From an uncultured Verrucomicrobiae bacterium (lineage in GTDB: Bacteria > Verrucomicrobiota > Verrucomicrobiia > Chthoniobacterales > JAFAMB01), in the NCBI GenBank assembly GCA_963837955.1, contig CAWIPH010000002.1, positions 2,688,001 to 2,752,000 on the forward strand: a stretch of DNA of 64,000 bases, read 5' to 3'. Below, in pieces: positions 1-10,894 of the stretch; the stretch's first letter is position 1, and the number at the start of each line of letters is the position of its first letter. Position numbers and translations under genes: made by a program. The notes beneath the pieces are model-generated. The model was not told where the DNA came from, made no database searches, and saw nothing but the letters and a program-made list of their open reading frames with translations.

Positions 1-218
1 AGCTTCGCAAGCTCCGAGCCAAACTGGCAGCCGAAGAGGGCGGCGTTCCCCACTATCTGATCTTTTCGGACGAAACGCTGAAATCGTTTGCGCGAATTCG
101 GCCCCAATCGCCGGAGGCCGCCCGGCGGATCCGAGGTGTAGGCGAGATGAAAATGGCGAAGTATGTCCCGGCGTTTTTGGAAGTAATTCGGAACGTGCGA
201 GGCGGTGAAACCCTTTAA
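1..218 (+). CDS. 3' end of an HRDC-domain protein, probably DNA helicase RecQ (partial, begins before the window)
   Basis: Frame from nt 3 reads LRKLRAKLAAEEGGVPHYLIFSDETLKSFARIRPQSPEAARRIRGVGEMKMAKY...*, matching the HRDC pattern (VP.Y.IF.D.TL, I.GVG..K); stop TAA at 216-218. Not in the ORF track. Confidence 0.75.
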   Translation, partial: LRKLRAKLAAEEGGVPHYLIFSDETLKSFARIRPQSPEAARRIRGVGEMKMAKYVPAFLEVIRNVRGGETL

Positions 219-595
219 ATTCTCACGCAAAGACGCAAAGGCGCAAAGACGGATTTGAATAGAAGGTAACGGAGGAAATAGAGGGCGGGTGTTCTGGCGT
301 GTCGGCGTAACGGCGTGTCGGCGTAACGATACGGCGGGTAGGGCGAAACAGATCCAGCGAAGGCAGGATCTGTGAGCTTGGCGTATTGGTAGCGGCGCAG
401 GACGCGGCTCAAACCCGGCGCGGGCAGGCCAGGGATCCCTTGTCGTCATATGTCGCGCCGAGGTTTTCGCCCTACCATTATCGGCGACGGCAACCGCGAA
501 ACGTTCCGTCACGCCGATCCGCTACCAAACCGCCAAGCTCACAGATCCTGCCTTCGCAGGATCTGTTTCGCCCTACCCGTCTTTGCGTGAGATTT
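219..595. repeat. Composite REP/REPIN-like inverted-repeat element
   Basis: About 61-bp inverted arms at 335-395 and 519-579 (CGGGTAGGGCGAAACAGATCC(A/T)GCGAAGGCAGGATCTGTGAGCTTGGCG...); outer IR TCTCACGCAAAGACG near 221 and its complement near 578-592; 8-mer tandems (CGCAAAGA, CGGCGTGT/CGGCGTAA); a second copy of the arm core lies at 27124-27163. Confidence 0.8.
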
Positions 596-626
596 TCCGG
601 CATCCAGAGTTACGGAATTAATCCCC

Positions 627-656
627 TTGCGTACTAGTAATCTCCCGGAATAGTTT
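627..656 (+). promoter_or_regulatory. Possible sigma70-type promoter for the TPP riboswitch-thiC leader
   Basis: TTGCGT-N18-TAGTTT immediately upstream of the riboswitch; motif match only. Confidence 0.3.
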
Positions 657-660
657 GTTT

Positions 661-2618
<1,958 letters not shown>

Positions 2619-2714
2619 GCGCGGCGAATCCGGCGCGGACAAGCTCAACCGACGGAGTAGCGCTCCACCGCGCCGAGGTTAAACTGTCTTTTCAAGCCCC
2701 CGGGGACCCGAATC

Positions 2715-5495
2715 TCAAAAATTCTTCTCTAGCCCCAAAATGCGGGCGCGGACCGCCGCATTCCTTTTGTCCAACTCGGCCGGAATGCTCTGAAATTCGC
2801 GGTCGGACCTAAATAGATCGAGGCCGGGATCCACTCTTCCCAACACCGGATCGGGGAAGCCGCCATTGGCAATTAAATTGTGCAGCTCCTGGTAAGCGGC
2901 GTCTTTGCGCTCAAGCAGCCGATTACCGACAGCCAGGTCAAAACGCATCCAACGCGGCGATTTTGAGGTTGGCAATTTCTGTTGAGCCAAAGCCACTACC
3001 CGCTCCGCTGCCTGGCGGGCATCCTCTTCTCGCTTCGTTCCGCGCAACGCCAGAGCCAGGCGGAGCAAGCTCGTCGGATTATCTTTGTCCGATTTAGCTT
3101 CGATGGTTCGAATGACCGCCGGCCAATCCCCGACTTGCATGGAACAGAAAAGAACCAAATCGCCGGCAGCCGTATAATGTGTTTTCAGGTCCGGAGACAA
3201 CTGTCGCAATCCGGGCAGCGCCATTGCGTAGTCTCCCCGGTACACGAGCCGTTCGTTCTCCATCAATTGACGTCTCTGCGGATTCGTCTCCAGGTAGATA
3301 GCGCGCTGCATCCATTTTTCGGCGAGCTCTTTTTCTCCGACGGTCCAGCAGATTAGGGCTAGCTCATAAGGCGCCCAGGAATCGAATGGGTTAGTGACGA
3401 AACACTTTCGAATCGATGCGTACATTTCCTCTTGGCGTCTGAATTCGGTAGATTCGGCAGCTGCCATGCGGTTGGCATCCCAGTCGTTTGGGGCGAGTTC
3501 CAAGGCTTTGCGCACCGGCGCGTCCATTCGGTCGAACCAACCTTTGAGGCTGAACGCGCCCGCCAGCGAGGTGTAGGCGCGTAGTTGCGTCGCGTCGAGC
3601 GCAATCGCCTGTTGGCAAAGGTTAACAGCGGAGTCTAGCCAGAAGTTGTCTCCGTGGAACCGCTTGACTCTGTCAATATAGGCGTCGGCCAGCCCAACAT
3701 AGGCGAGGGCAAACTTCGGGTCCTGTTCCATCGCTTGTTTGAACAGTTCAATCGCCTTGTCGTTATCTTCCTGGAGATGGAGCTCCCACAATGTTCGTCC
3801 ATGGAGATAAAGGTCGTAAGCGGTCAAGTTTTCGGTCGGTCCGCGCCGGAGATTGGCGCGTTCATCGGCAGAAAGTTTTGCCCGTAGAGCCGTGGCTATT
3901 TGCTCCGCCAGATCGGTCTGAATGGCAAACACATCCTGGAGCTCGCGATCGTACGACGCTCCCCAGAGCCTCTGGTTAGTGCGTCCGTCATAAAGGATCG
4001 TTACGATTTTAACCCGATTTTCGACCCGCTGAATTGTGCTTTCCAGAACTGCGCCAACATTTAGCTCGGCCCCGATCTCATTTAATGGTGGACGGTGCGC
4101 ACCGGTAACATCCTTATAGCGAAGTATCGAACTGCGGGCAATGACTCGGAGATCAGCAACTTTGGATAACTGATAAATCACCTCAGAGGTAAGTCCGTCG
4201 CTGAAGTACTCATTTTCCTTGCTATCGCTCAGATTATCGAACGGCAGCACAGCGATGGACTTGGCGGCCGCAAAGTCAGAGCGGTATTTGGGAATCAAGA
4301 AATAAAACCCAATTCCAGAAGCAACTGCCAGAAGCGTCATGCCCATCCCAACCCATCTTGCCAGCCTCCTCCCTCCCTTCCGCGCAACTGCTGCTACGGA
4401 TCCGCGTTCTGACACCAGCGTTTGCCTGACCGAGCGCACCGCCGCTCGAAGCTCGGAGGGATTTTGCGGGCGCCGGGCGGGGTCCTTTTCCAGCAGGCGT
4501 TTGAGCAAAACGACTGTTGGCTCCGGGATATTTTTAAGTTGCTCGAGTGGGAGCGGTGCGTGTAGGTGCTGGCCCATTACCTGGACGGTCGTACCGGTGA
4601 AGGGCACCTTACCCGTCAGCATCTCCCAGAGAGTCACACCCAAAGAATAAATGTCGGAGCGAATGTCGACCTCACCGCCTGCGCATTGCTCCGGGCTGGC
4701 AAAAAGAGCGGTCCCGGTGAATGTACCTGGCGTGGAAACCGCCGGATCGGAATGGGCGCCGGATGCCGCTTTAGCTAAGCCAAAATCAATGACTTTAACG
4801 CTTACGCTACCGCCTTCGCCAAAGCGGAGCATAAGATTCCCGGGCTTGATGTCGCGATGGACGATTTGTTCCTGGTGAGCGGCTTCCAGCGCTGCCGCGA
4901 CCTGGTCAACAATATCGAGAGCCAGTGCCACCGGCATCGGCCCTCGGCTCTCTATGACCTGGTCTAGCGCTTCGCCCTCCACGAACTCCATGGCGTAGAA
5001 ATAGTCACCATTCTTCGTTCCGAGATGAAAAACAGTCGCGACGTTAGGGTGGCGAAGGCGAGCCGCGGCACGAGCTTCGCGTACAAACCGAAGGCGCGCC
5101 GATTCGTCGTTCAGGTAGCGAGCATTGATAAGTTTGAGCGCTACCGGGCAGCGAAGATTCCTGTCGAATCCCCGATAAGTCACACCCATCGCCCCGCGCC
5201 CCAGCTCAATCGGCATACCATCCCCACCGGTTAGAAGCTCATAATGATCAAATCTGTGGGGCGACGGCGCTTCTAGGTCTTTGCCGCCACCCAGCACCGG
5301 GGCGCTGTCAGTCGCCGTTGGGCTTGATGCTACTCCGGGATCGAGCGCATCCCGCAGCTGGCAGACCGGACATCGATCGGAGGGAAGCGAATCCGGAATC
5401 TTTGTACCGCACTTCGGACAGCTAGAAATCGCCTTGTTGGATCCAGTCGCTTCAGCTTTCTTATGAACCGTTGCGTCTTTTGGTCCCTCATTCAT
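2715..5495 (-). CDS. Membrane Ser/Thr protein kinase (Hanks type) with N-terminal CxxC..CxxC, TolB-N-like domain and TPRs
   Basis: LGRGAMGVTY, VALK, HRDIKPGN, DFGLAK, ASPEQ, SDIYSLG motifs; one TM helix; SIAVLPFDNLS domain followed by TPR-like helices. Confidence 0.92.
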   Translation of the reverse strand: MNEGPKDATVHKKAEATGSNKAISSCPKCGTKIPDSLPSDRCPVCQLRDALDPGVASSPTATDSAPVLGGGKDLEAPSPHRFDHYELLTGGDGMPIELGRGAMGVTYRGFDRNLRCPVALKLINARYLNDESARLRFVREARAAARLRHPNVATVFHLGTKNGDYFYAMEFVEGEALDQVIESRGPMPVALALDIVDQVAAALEAAHQEQIVHRDIKPGNLMLRFGEGGSVSVKVIDFGLAKAASGAHSDPAVSTPGTFTGTALFASPEQCAGGEVDIRSDIYSLGVTLWEMLTGKVPFTGTTVQVMGQHLHAPLPLEQLKNIPEPTVVLLKRLLEKDPARRPQNPSELRAAVRSVRQTLVSERGSVAAVARKGGRRLARWVGMGMTLLAVASGIGFYFLIPKYRSDFAAAKSIAVLPFDNLSDSKENEYFSDGLTSEVIYQLSKVADLRVIARSSILRYKDVTGAHRPPLNEIGAELNVGAVLESTIQRVENRVKIVTILYDGRTNQRLWGASYDRELQDVFAIQTDLAEQIATALRAKLSADERANLRRGPTENLTAYDLYLHGRTLWELHLQEDNDKAIELFKQAMEQDPKFALAYVGLADAYIDRVKRFHGDNFWLDSAVNLCQQAIALDATQLRAYTSLAGAFSLKGWFDRMDAPVRKALELAPNDWDANRMAAAESTEFRRQEEMYASIRKCFVTNPFDSWAPYELALICWTVGEKELAEKWMQRAIYLETNPQRRQLMENERLVYRGDYAMALPGLRQLSPDLKTHYTAAGDLVLFCSMQVGDWPAVIRTIEAKSDKDNPTSLLRLALALRGTKREEDARQAAERVVALAQQKLPTSKSPRWMRFDLAVGNRLLERKDAAYQELHNLIANGGFPDPVLGRVDPGLDLFRSDREFQSIPAELDKRNAAVRARILGLEKNF

Positions 5496-6256
5496 AGCCG
5501 GCCTTCAGCGGCGACCAAGGCCTCGCATAGAGCGTGGATTTCCTCATCGATTTCAGCGGGATCCGAAACCGTGCGGCCGACCTCCTGCCGCAGAAATGCA
5601 GCGTATTGCTTGCGGAATCGATGGACCGCGGTCTTGGCCGCACCGACGCTGACACCGAGCGTTTTAGCTACTTCCTCGTACGATGGCGGAGCCTTACCAA
5701 CGTCCACTCCGACAAAGACTCTTAACACTTCGAACCGCGCTGTTTCGCCACATGCAGCGGATTGTTCTCGCAAACGGTTTACCGCCCGAGTCAGTAAAGT
5801 CATTGCCCAACGAGCGTCGAAAATCTTCTCGGCCGTTAGTTGGTCGGTTGGTTCGAGCTGGTAGCGATTCTCAGCATCCTCCGCGTCGAGAACCACAAAT
5901 TCAAGATTCCCACCGCGTTTGAGTGAACGGGCCCGGTCTGACTCGTCCGCCAAGAAATTCTGGAATGAGGCGAGCAAGAATGATCGAAACTTGCCTTTCA
6001 ATGGATCGACGCGCTTAAGTGCTCGGTGTTCCAACAGATGCAAAAAGAATCCTTGGGTAAGGTCTTGCGCGTCGTGCGGCGCCTGTCCGCGGCGGCGAGC
6101 AAAAGCGTATAAGGGATACCAGTAGTGCTGGCAAAGTTCGGTGAGCGCGGCTTGACTCCCTGGCACATGGCTCTCCGCAGCAAGAAGGATCACGCTCCAG
6201 CGAGTAGTGCGAAACTGCGCTGGGTCACCCGATATCGAACCGTGCTCCTGATTCAC
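5492..6256 (-). CDS. ECF-type sigma-70 factor (kinase-associated type)
   Basis: FRTTRWSVI N-terminus, DAQDLTQGFF (sigma2), FRSFLL, and sigma4 HTH (YEEVAKTLGVSVGAAKTAVHR); 4-nt overlap with the kinase gene. Confidence 0.9.
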   Translation of the reverse strand: MNQEHGSISGDPAQFRTTRWSVILLAAESHVPGSQAALTELCQHYWYPLYAFARRRGQAPHDAQDLTQGFFLHLLEHRALKRVDPLKGKFRSFLLASFQNFLADESDRARSLKRGGNLEFVVLDAEDAENRYQLEPTDQLTAEKIFDARWAMTLLTRAVNRLREQSAACGETARFEVLRVFVGVDVGKAPPSYEEVAKTLGVSVGAAKTAVHRFRKQYAAFLRQEVGRTVSDPAEIDEEIHALCEALVAAEGRL

Positions 6257-6421
6257 TGGGATCTCTCATTCAGAGCAGCAAATCAACTAAAGCAGCGGAT
6301 AATTTCGGTGTCGACATGGAATTTAATAGAACCGGACAAAGTTATTGCGTGCTGATCTGGACCGTGTCCGCGACACCTCCCGTCAAGAACGGAGGTGGCT
6401 TCAAGTACAATCTCGCCCACT

Positions 6422-6601
6422 TCAGACCGGACCAAAAGGGCTCTGATCCTTGCGATCCAGTCGGTCGTTTTCTCGGTCGTCTCTTAAGTCTGGTAGTTGC
6501 TCGTCTGCCATACCTGAAAGCTTGGGCTTTTTGGTCGACTGCAGCAGGACCAGCCCTGCGAGAGTGAGCGCGCCCAAGATTGATCCTAGTAGTGTTTTCA
6601 T
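6422..6601 (-). CDS. Putative small membrane-anchored or secreted protein (59 aa)
   Basis: Own translation: MKTLLGSILGALTLAGLVLLQSTKKPKLSGMADEQLPDLRDDRENDRLDRKDQSPFGPV*; ATG start, hydrophobic N-terminus; shorter than any ORF in the provided track. Confidence 0.45.
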   Translation of the reverse strand: MKTLLGSILGALTLAGLVLLQSTKKPKLSGMADEQLPDLRDDRENDRLDRKDQSPFGPV

Positions 6602-6892
6602 ACCGGTTTTTTCTACTGCTCAGCGTCAGCCTTAGCGTTGCGGACGGCTGGCCTTCTAACTCGGTACTAAGGAATTGCGCTTTCCGAGTTTCGGGATTTC
6701 TGAGCAGCGACTCAGATTTCTGCGCCTATCGATGACTGATCACCGGACTATGTCGGACCGGCGATCGCCGCTACCGAATGTGTTCGTTTCGCGCGCGCAC
6801 TGGAACTGAATTGTCCAGAGCCATTAAAACATCATCAATATTTCAACTCACCCCTAGCGGATTATCCCGACTGTCGTTAGACTAGAAAAGTA

Positions 6893-8446
6893 GTGAAGTT
6901 GGGAGTTGATTTCGGAACCAATAGGATTGTTGTAGCCGCTGCCGATCGGGGTAATTATCCGCTCGTCAGCTTCGAAGCTGCCGATGGCACGTCACCCGAT
7001 TGGTTTCCTGCGTTGGTAGCGATCTGCGGTGACGAGCGCCTCTATGGGTGGGACGCCTACGATAACCAAGGCAACGAATCCTGGACCGTGATCCGCTCTA
7101 TCAAGCGCCTCTTGGAAGACGCCGGCCCGCGAACTCTACTCGATCTGGGTAAACAACAGCTCAAACTCGCCGGGCTGCTCGACGGTCTCACCAGCGCTCT
7201 GCTCACCGCTCTGCGCCAACGCTCGAATCTGCGCATCCGTTCCGGCGAGCGGCTGCAGATCGTCCTCGGCGTCCCAGCCCACGCAAACAGCAATCAGCGC
7301 TTCCTGACGGTGGAGTCGTTTCGGAACGCAGGCTTCGAAGTGCTCGGCGTACTGAATGAACCCAGCGCCGCCAGTATCGAGTTTGGCCATCGCGAACGCC
7401 AGAGCAAGGCGAGCCCCGAAACCATCCTCGTTTACGACCTCGGCGGAGGTACCTTTGATGCTTCGCTGGTCACGCTCGACGAAAATGTCCATCACGTCGT
7501 GGCCTCCGAAGGCATCCCGACCATTGGCGGGGACGACTTCGACCAGATCCTCGCTGATCTGGCGCTCGAAGCCGCAGGAATCGATCAAAGGGCCGGCGAC
7601 AGTCTTCCAGCTGCAGCCTGGTTCCGCCTGCTCGAAGAATGCCGCCAAAAAAAAGAAGCACTGAATCCGAATTCCCGCCGCATCACGATCGATTTAGAGC
7701 ACGCGCACCCGGACTGGCAGCCTGTTCAAATTCCCGTCGCTGAGTTTTACGAAACCGCCCGTCCAGCTGTGGAAGAAACCATCCACGCAGCCGAAGATCT
7801 GAGCCTCCAATGTGACGTGCTTTACATCACCGGAGGCGGGAGCGAACTGCCTTTAATCGCTCGCATGCTCCGTGAACGGTTCGGCCGCCGGGTGCGCCGC
7901 TCCGCTTATGCACGCTCGGCCACTGCCATCGGCCTCGCGATTCAAGCCGATCAACCCGGCACCTATCGCCTAAGCGAGCGCCTTTCGCGTTCCTTTGGCG
8001 TCTGGAGGGAGGGGAACTGCGGTTCATCCATCATCTTCGATCCGCTATTTGAAAAGGGACTCACCCTGCCTTCACCGGGCGAGCCAAATCTCTCTATCTC
8101 GCGCTGTTATTCCCCGGTCCATAATATTGGCCATTTCCGTTTCCTCGAATGCAGCCACCGCTCCCCGGTTGGTGCGCCTAGCGACGAAATTGCGCTCTGG
8201 GATGAGATCCGCTTTCCGTTCGATCCTGCATTCGCGAATGCGCCTGATCTGCAATCTACTGCCGTCGTCCATTCACCGGGGGCGGCCGCTCAAAAGATCG
8301 AGGAGCGCTACGAATGTGATTCCGGCGGCTCCCTCACCATCACCATCGCTAACCTCACTGCTGGTTACTCCCGCACTTATCGCCTCGGTCGCTGGTCTCT
8401 TGACTCCAAGCCAGTGAAACCGACCCGCAAAAGGAGAAGTAGCTAG
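6893..8446 (+). CDS. Hsp70-family protein (non-canonical, short C-terminus)
   Basis: GVDFGT, GVPA, LNEPSAAS, VYDLGGGTFDASL, GGDDFD, LYITGGGS ATPase-domain motifs; 517 aa. Confidence 0.88.
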   Translation: MKLGVDFGTNRIVVAAADRGNYPLVSFEAADGTSPDWFPALVAICGDERLYGWDAYDNQGNESWTVIRSIKRLLEDAGPRTLLDLGKQQLKLAGLLDGLTSALLTALRQRSNLRIRSGERLQIVLGVPAHANSNQRFLTVESFRNAGFEVLGVLNEPSAASIEFGHRERQSKASPETILVYDLGGGTFDASLVTLDENVHHVVASEGIPTIGGDDFDQILADLALEAAGIDQRAGDSLPAAAWFRLLEECRQKKEALNPNSRRITIDLEHAHPDWQPVQIPVAEFYETARPAVEETIHAAEDLSLQCDVLYITGGGSELPLIARMLRERFGRRVRRSAYARSATAIGLAIQADQPGTYRLSERLSRSFGVWREGNCGSSIIFDPLFEKGLTLPSPGEPNLSISRCYSPVHNIGHFRFLECSHRSPVGAPSDEIALWDEIRFPFDPAFANAPDLQSTAVVHSPGAAAQKIEERYECDSGGSLTITIANLTAGYSRTYRLGRWSLDSKPVKPTRKRRSS

Positions 8447-8512
8447 GCGAGATGCGCCGGTAATCATGCGGTTGCATCTGGCAGCCTTACGATTCTTCCA
8501 CGATTTATCCGA

Positions 8513-10378
8513 CTAGATGAGATCGGCGAGCACTAACGTTACCTTTCGCTGCCCATCTTTGCCCTGCACCTGAAGCTTTACCTGGGTCCCTGCCGGTTGT
8601 TTGAATTTTTCCCGAAGGTCGCTGATTTGAGTAGTGCTAAGTTTCGATCCGTTGATGGCCAAGATGTGGTCACCCACCTGCAGGCCAGCCTTTGCCGCGG
8701 GCCCATCTTTAACCACATCTTTCACTTCGCAGCCTCCGTCGGCATCATTCATGATCCATAGCCCGGAACGATCAAACACGTCCGGCTTGGTAAAATTTGC
8801 GTTAGGCTCAAGATAGAGGACTTGATTCGCGTAATCGAGCGTCACCGTAAACCGCTTAAGCAGGCCGCTTCCTAGATTGCCAGCGATCTGTGTCGATGCA
8901 GACGCTCCTTTTTCACCAAGCTCAATCATACCGACTGGCGCGGTCACCTCGACGGTTCCTATTTTCAGCTTATGCGGTCGCACCAGGAGAGCCCGAGCCG
9001 GCCCCCCAACCCCATAACCTCCGATCACTTCGGTCGTCGCTTTATATTTCTCCTTTAGCTCATTTTTTTCGGCAAATGGCCGCATGATCGAAAGCGATGC
9101 CCGGTTTCCTGTATCAATCTCGAATTCACCCGGAATCCCGTCGATCTCTCCTTGCACTACCGGAACATGGTTACTGAAGGTAAACGAGATTTTGACGGCA
9201 CCTTTCGGAGGATGGAAAGATTCCGGGCTAGTTATTGTGAGTTTGCTGTTCGCATAATCGATCTTCACGACGGCTCGGCGAGCAATTTCGTAGCCGACTA
9301 GACCATCGCAGGAGACGCCTTCGACTTTGGCCAACCCACTCAAGTCAAACGACGTGAAAACTTGGTCTTTTAGTTTGGTCCCCGCGACTTCGGTTTGAGC
9401 AATCTTGGCCAGGCCATAAGCTGACACACTATCACCGAATCCTCCGCCCGGGAGCGCTCCTTCCGTTTTGATTCCCGCCGATTTGGCCAGCTCAGCGCTA
9501 ACCGTGTTCGTAGCGCCTGTATCGAAGATAAAATGCTCGCCCATTTTTCCGTCTAAACGGACCGGGAGATAGATGTGATTGTTGAGCAATCGAAAAGAGG
9601 TGGTGACCTCTTTCTGGCCCGGTGGAAAGACTAAGGCATCAACTACCTCTTTGGGCGGATCAAAACGTTCTGCCGCGATCTCCGAATTGAGATCAATTTT
9701 TTCTGAGTAAATTTTTTGATCATATTTGGGATCTCCTATACTCACCCGGGTCTGAAATGGGATCAGCAAACCATTGACATCGCGAAAGTCCGAGAAGTAG
9801 CTGGTTTGCGGTTGTTCGCCGGTGAGATCCACCATTCGGACCACTAGATGGCTCGATTGATCAAACCAAACCTCGAACGGATCGGACGCTTTCGGCTTGA
9901 ACGTAATGACATCACACGGCTTTCCCTCATTCTCCTTTACTCCGCTGTAATGCATCTCAGTCGGATAACGATCGGGAAACAAGAAACCATGGGTGGCCTG
10001 ATAAAACTCTTTGATTGCATTGGCGATGGATTCGCTACTGGTCTCAATGCGGAGTTGATCACTCGCGTCCGTCGACCAGGAAACCTTACTATTCCAACCT
10101 TGGGAACCCTTGGCCGGCCCAAGATTGTAGATCTGGGCGCCGCGGAGGTCAGGTAGGTCAAGCCAGGCCTCGTATTTTCCGTCTATTCCACCGACACTCA
10201 ACTTGCCGGTCTCGTGCCAGAATTTTATCTCGTCCCACTTCTTACCGCCCGTAGCGGCCTTGGAAGCTTCGATAATCTTGGCCGGTTGATCGCCGGTCGG
10301 TTCATCCGCCGAAGTAAGTAGCGGAAACGAACACACAATCAGGAGCGGCATTAGTCTCCGCAGTTGTAGGCTGGCCAT
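8513..10378 (-). CDS. Secreted aspartyl protease-family protein with two retropepsin-like domains and a C-terminal PDZ domain
   Basis: Signal peptide; FIFDTGA...DGLVG and FEIDTGN...GNLG motifs; PDZ motif GPAAKAGLQVGDHILAING. Confidence 0.85.
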   Translation of the reverse strand: MASLQLRRLMPLLIVCSFPLLTSADEPTGDQPAKIIEASKAATGGKKWDEIKFWHETGKLSVGGIDGKYEAWLDLPDLRGAQIYNLGPAKGSQGWNSKVSWSTDASDQLRIETSSESIANAIKEFYQATHGFLFPDRYPTEMHYSGVKENEGKPCDVITFKPKASDPFEVWFDQSSHLVVRMVDLTGEQPQTSYFSDFRDVNGLLIPFQTRVSIGDPKYDQKIYSEKIDLNSEIAAERFDPPKEVVDALVFPPGQKEVTTSFRLLNNHIYLPVRLDGKMGEHFIFDTGATNTVSAELAKSAGIKTEGALPGGGFGDSVSAYGLAKIAQTEVAGTKLKDQVFTSFDLSGLAKVEGVSCDGLVGYEIARRAVVKIDYANSKLTITSPESFHPPKGAVKISFTFSNHVPVVQGEIDGIPGEFEIDTGNRASLSIMRPFAEKNELKEKYKATTEVIGGYGVGGPARALLVRPHKLKIGTVEVTAPVGMIELGEKGASASTQIAGNLGSGLLKRFTVTLDYANQVLYLEPNANFTKPDVFDRSGLWIMNDADGGCEVKDVVKDGPAAKAGLQVGDHILAINGSKLSTTQISDLREKFKQPAGTQVKLQVQGKDGQRKVTLVLADLI

Positions 10379-10468
10379 AAGCTTTGAACGGAGTCTTAGA
10401 TTCGAGCGCGCGCAAGGTGATAAGAGGACAATTTCCGATTGGGAACCATTCCTAGGGCTTCGCCCTAG

Positions 10469-10766
10469 GAGGGTGTCGGACTTCGCTCGAACAAAATGAT
10501 GAATGGGTTTTCAGCGCCGAAGGCGCGACTCATGATAGCCTAGGGCGAAGCCCTAGGAATACGCCCCCCCAACCCGTGACGCACTGAAGGTGCGTGTCAA
10601 CATTTACCTTAGTTCAACGTTATGTTCACGTATTATTGTCACGCGCTTTCAGCGCTGATCGCCCGTTTTATTATAGTTCCTAGGGCTTCGCCCTAGGCTA
10701 TCTTGAAACGCGGCTTCGCCGCTGAAACCGTTCGGCAATTTTGTTCAAGCGAAGTCCGACACCCTC
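10469..10766. mobile_element. 298-bp MITE-like element with 29-bp terminal inverted repeats and a CTAG target duplication
   Basis: TIRs GAGGGTGTCGGACTTCGCT(C/T)GAACAAAAT at 10469-10497 and 10738-10766 (1 mismatch); CTAG at 10465-10468 and 10767-10770; no transposase. Confidence 0.8.
10509..10727. repeat. REPIN-like doublet (CCTAGGGCTTCGCCCTAGG hairpin family) inside the MITE
   Basis: 51-bp inverted arms at 10509-10559 and 10677-10727, each with the hairpin CCTAGGGC(GAA/TTC)GCCCTAGG and a GCG.CGAAG.CGC hairpin. Confidence 0.8.
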
Positions 10767-10894
10767 CTAGGCTATCCTGAGTCCCGCTTTCGGCTCTCTG
10801 AGCGAACTTCGCCCTACGTGCATTGAGACCCTGCGGAGTACCCACATAAACCTAGATTGTCGGCGATTGGAATTTAGCCTATATAGAGGGCGCG

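Noticed and set aside
215..637. Short ORFs 215-412 and 386-637
   Set aside because: They are translations of the palindromic and tandem repeat element with no protein-like features.
10449..10800. Possible CRISPR array (recurring CCTAGGGC..GCCCTAGG)
   Set aside because: Copies are inverted and irregularly spaced, and no cas genes are present; REP/MITE architecture fits better.
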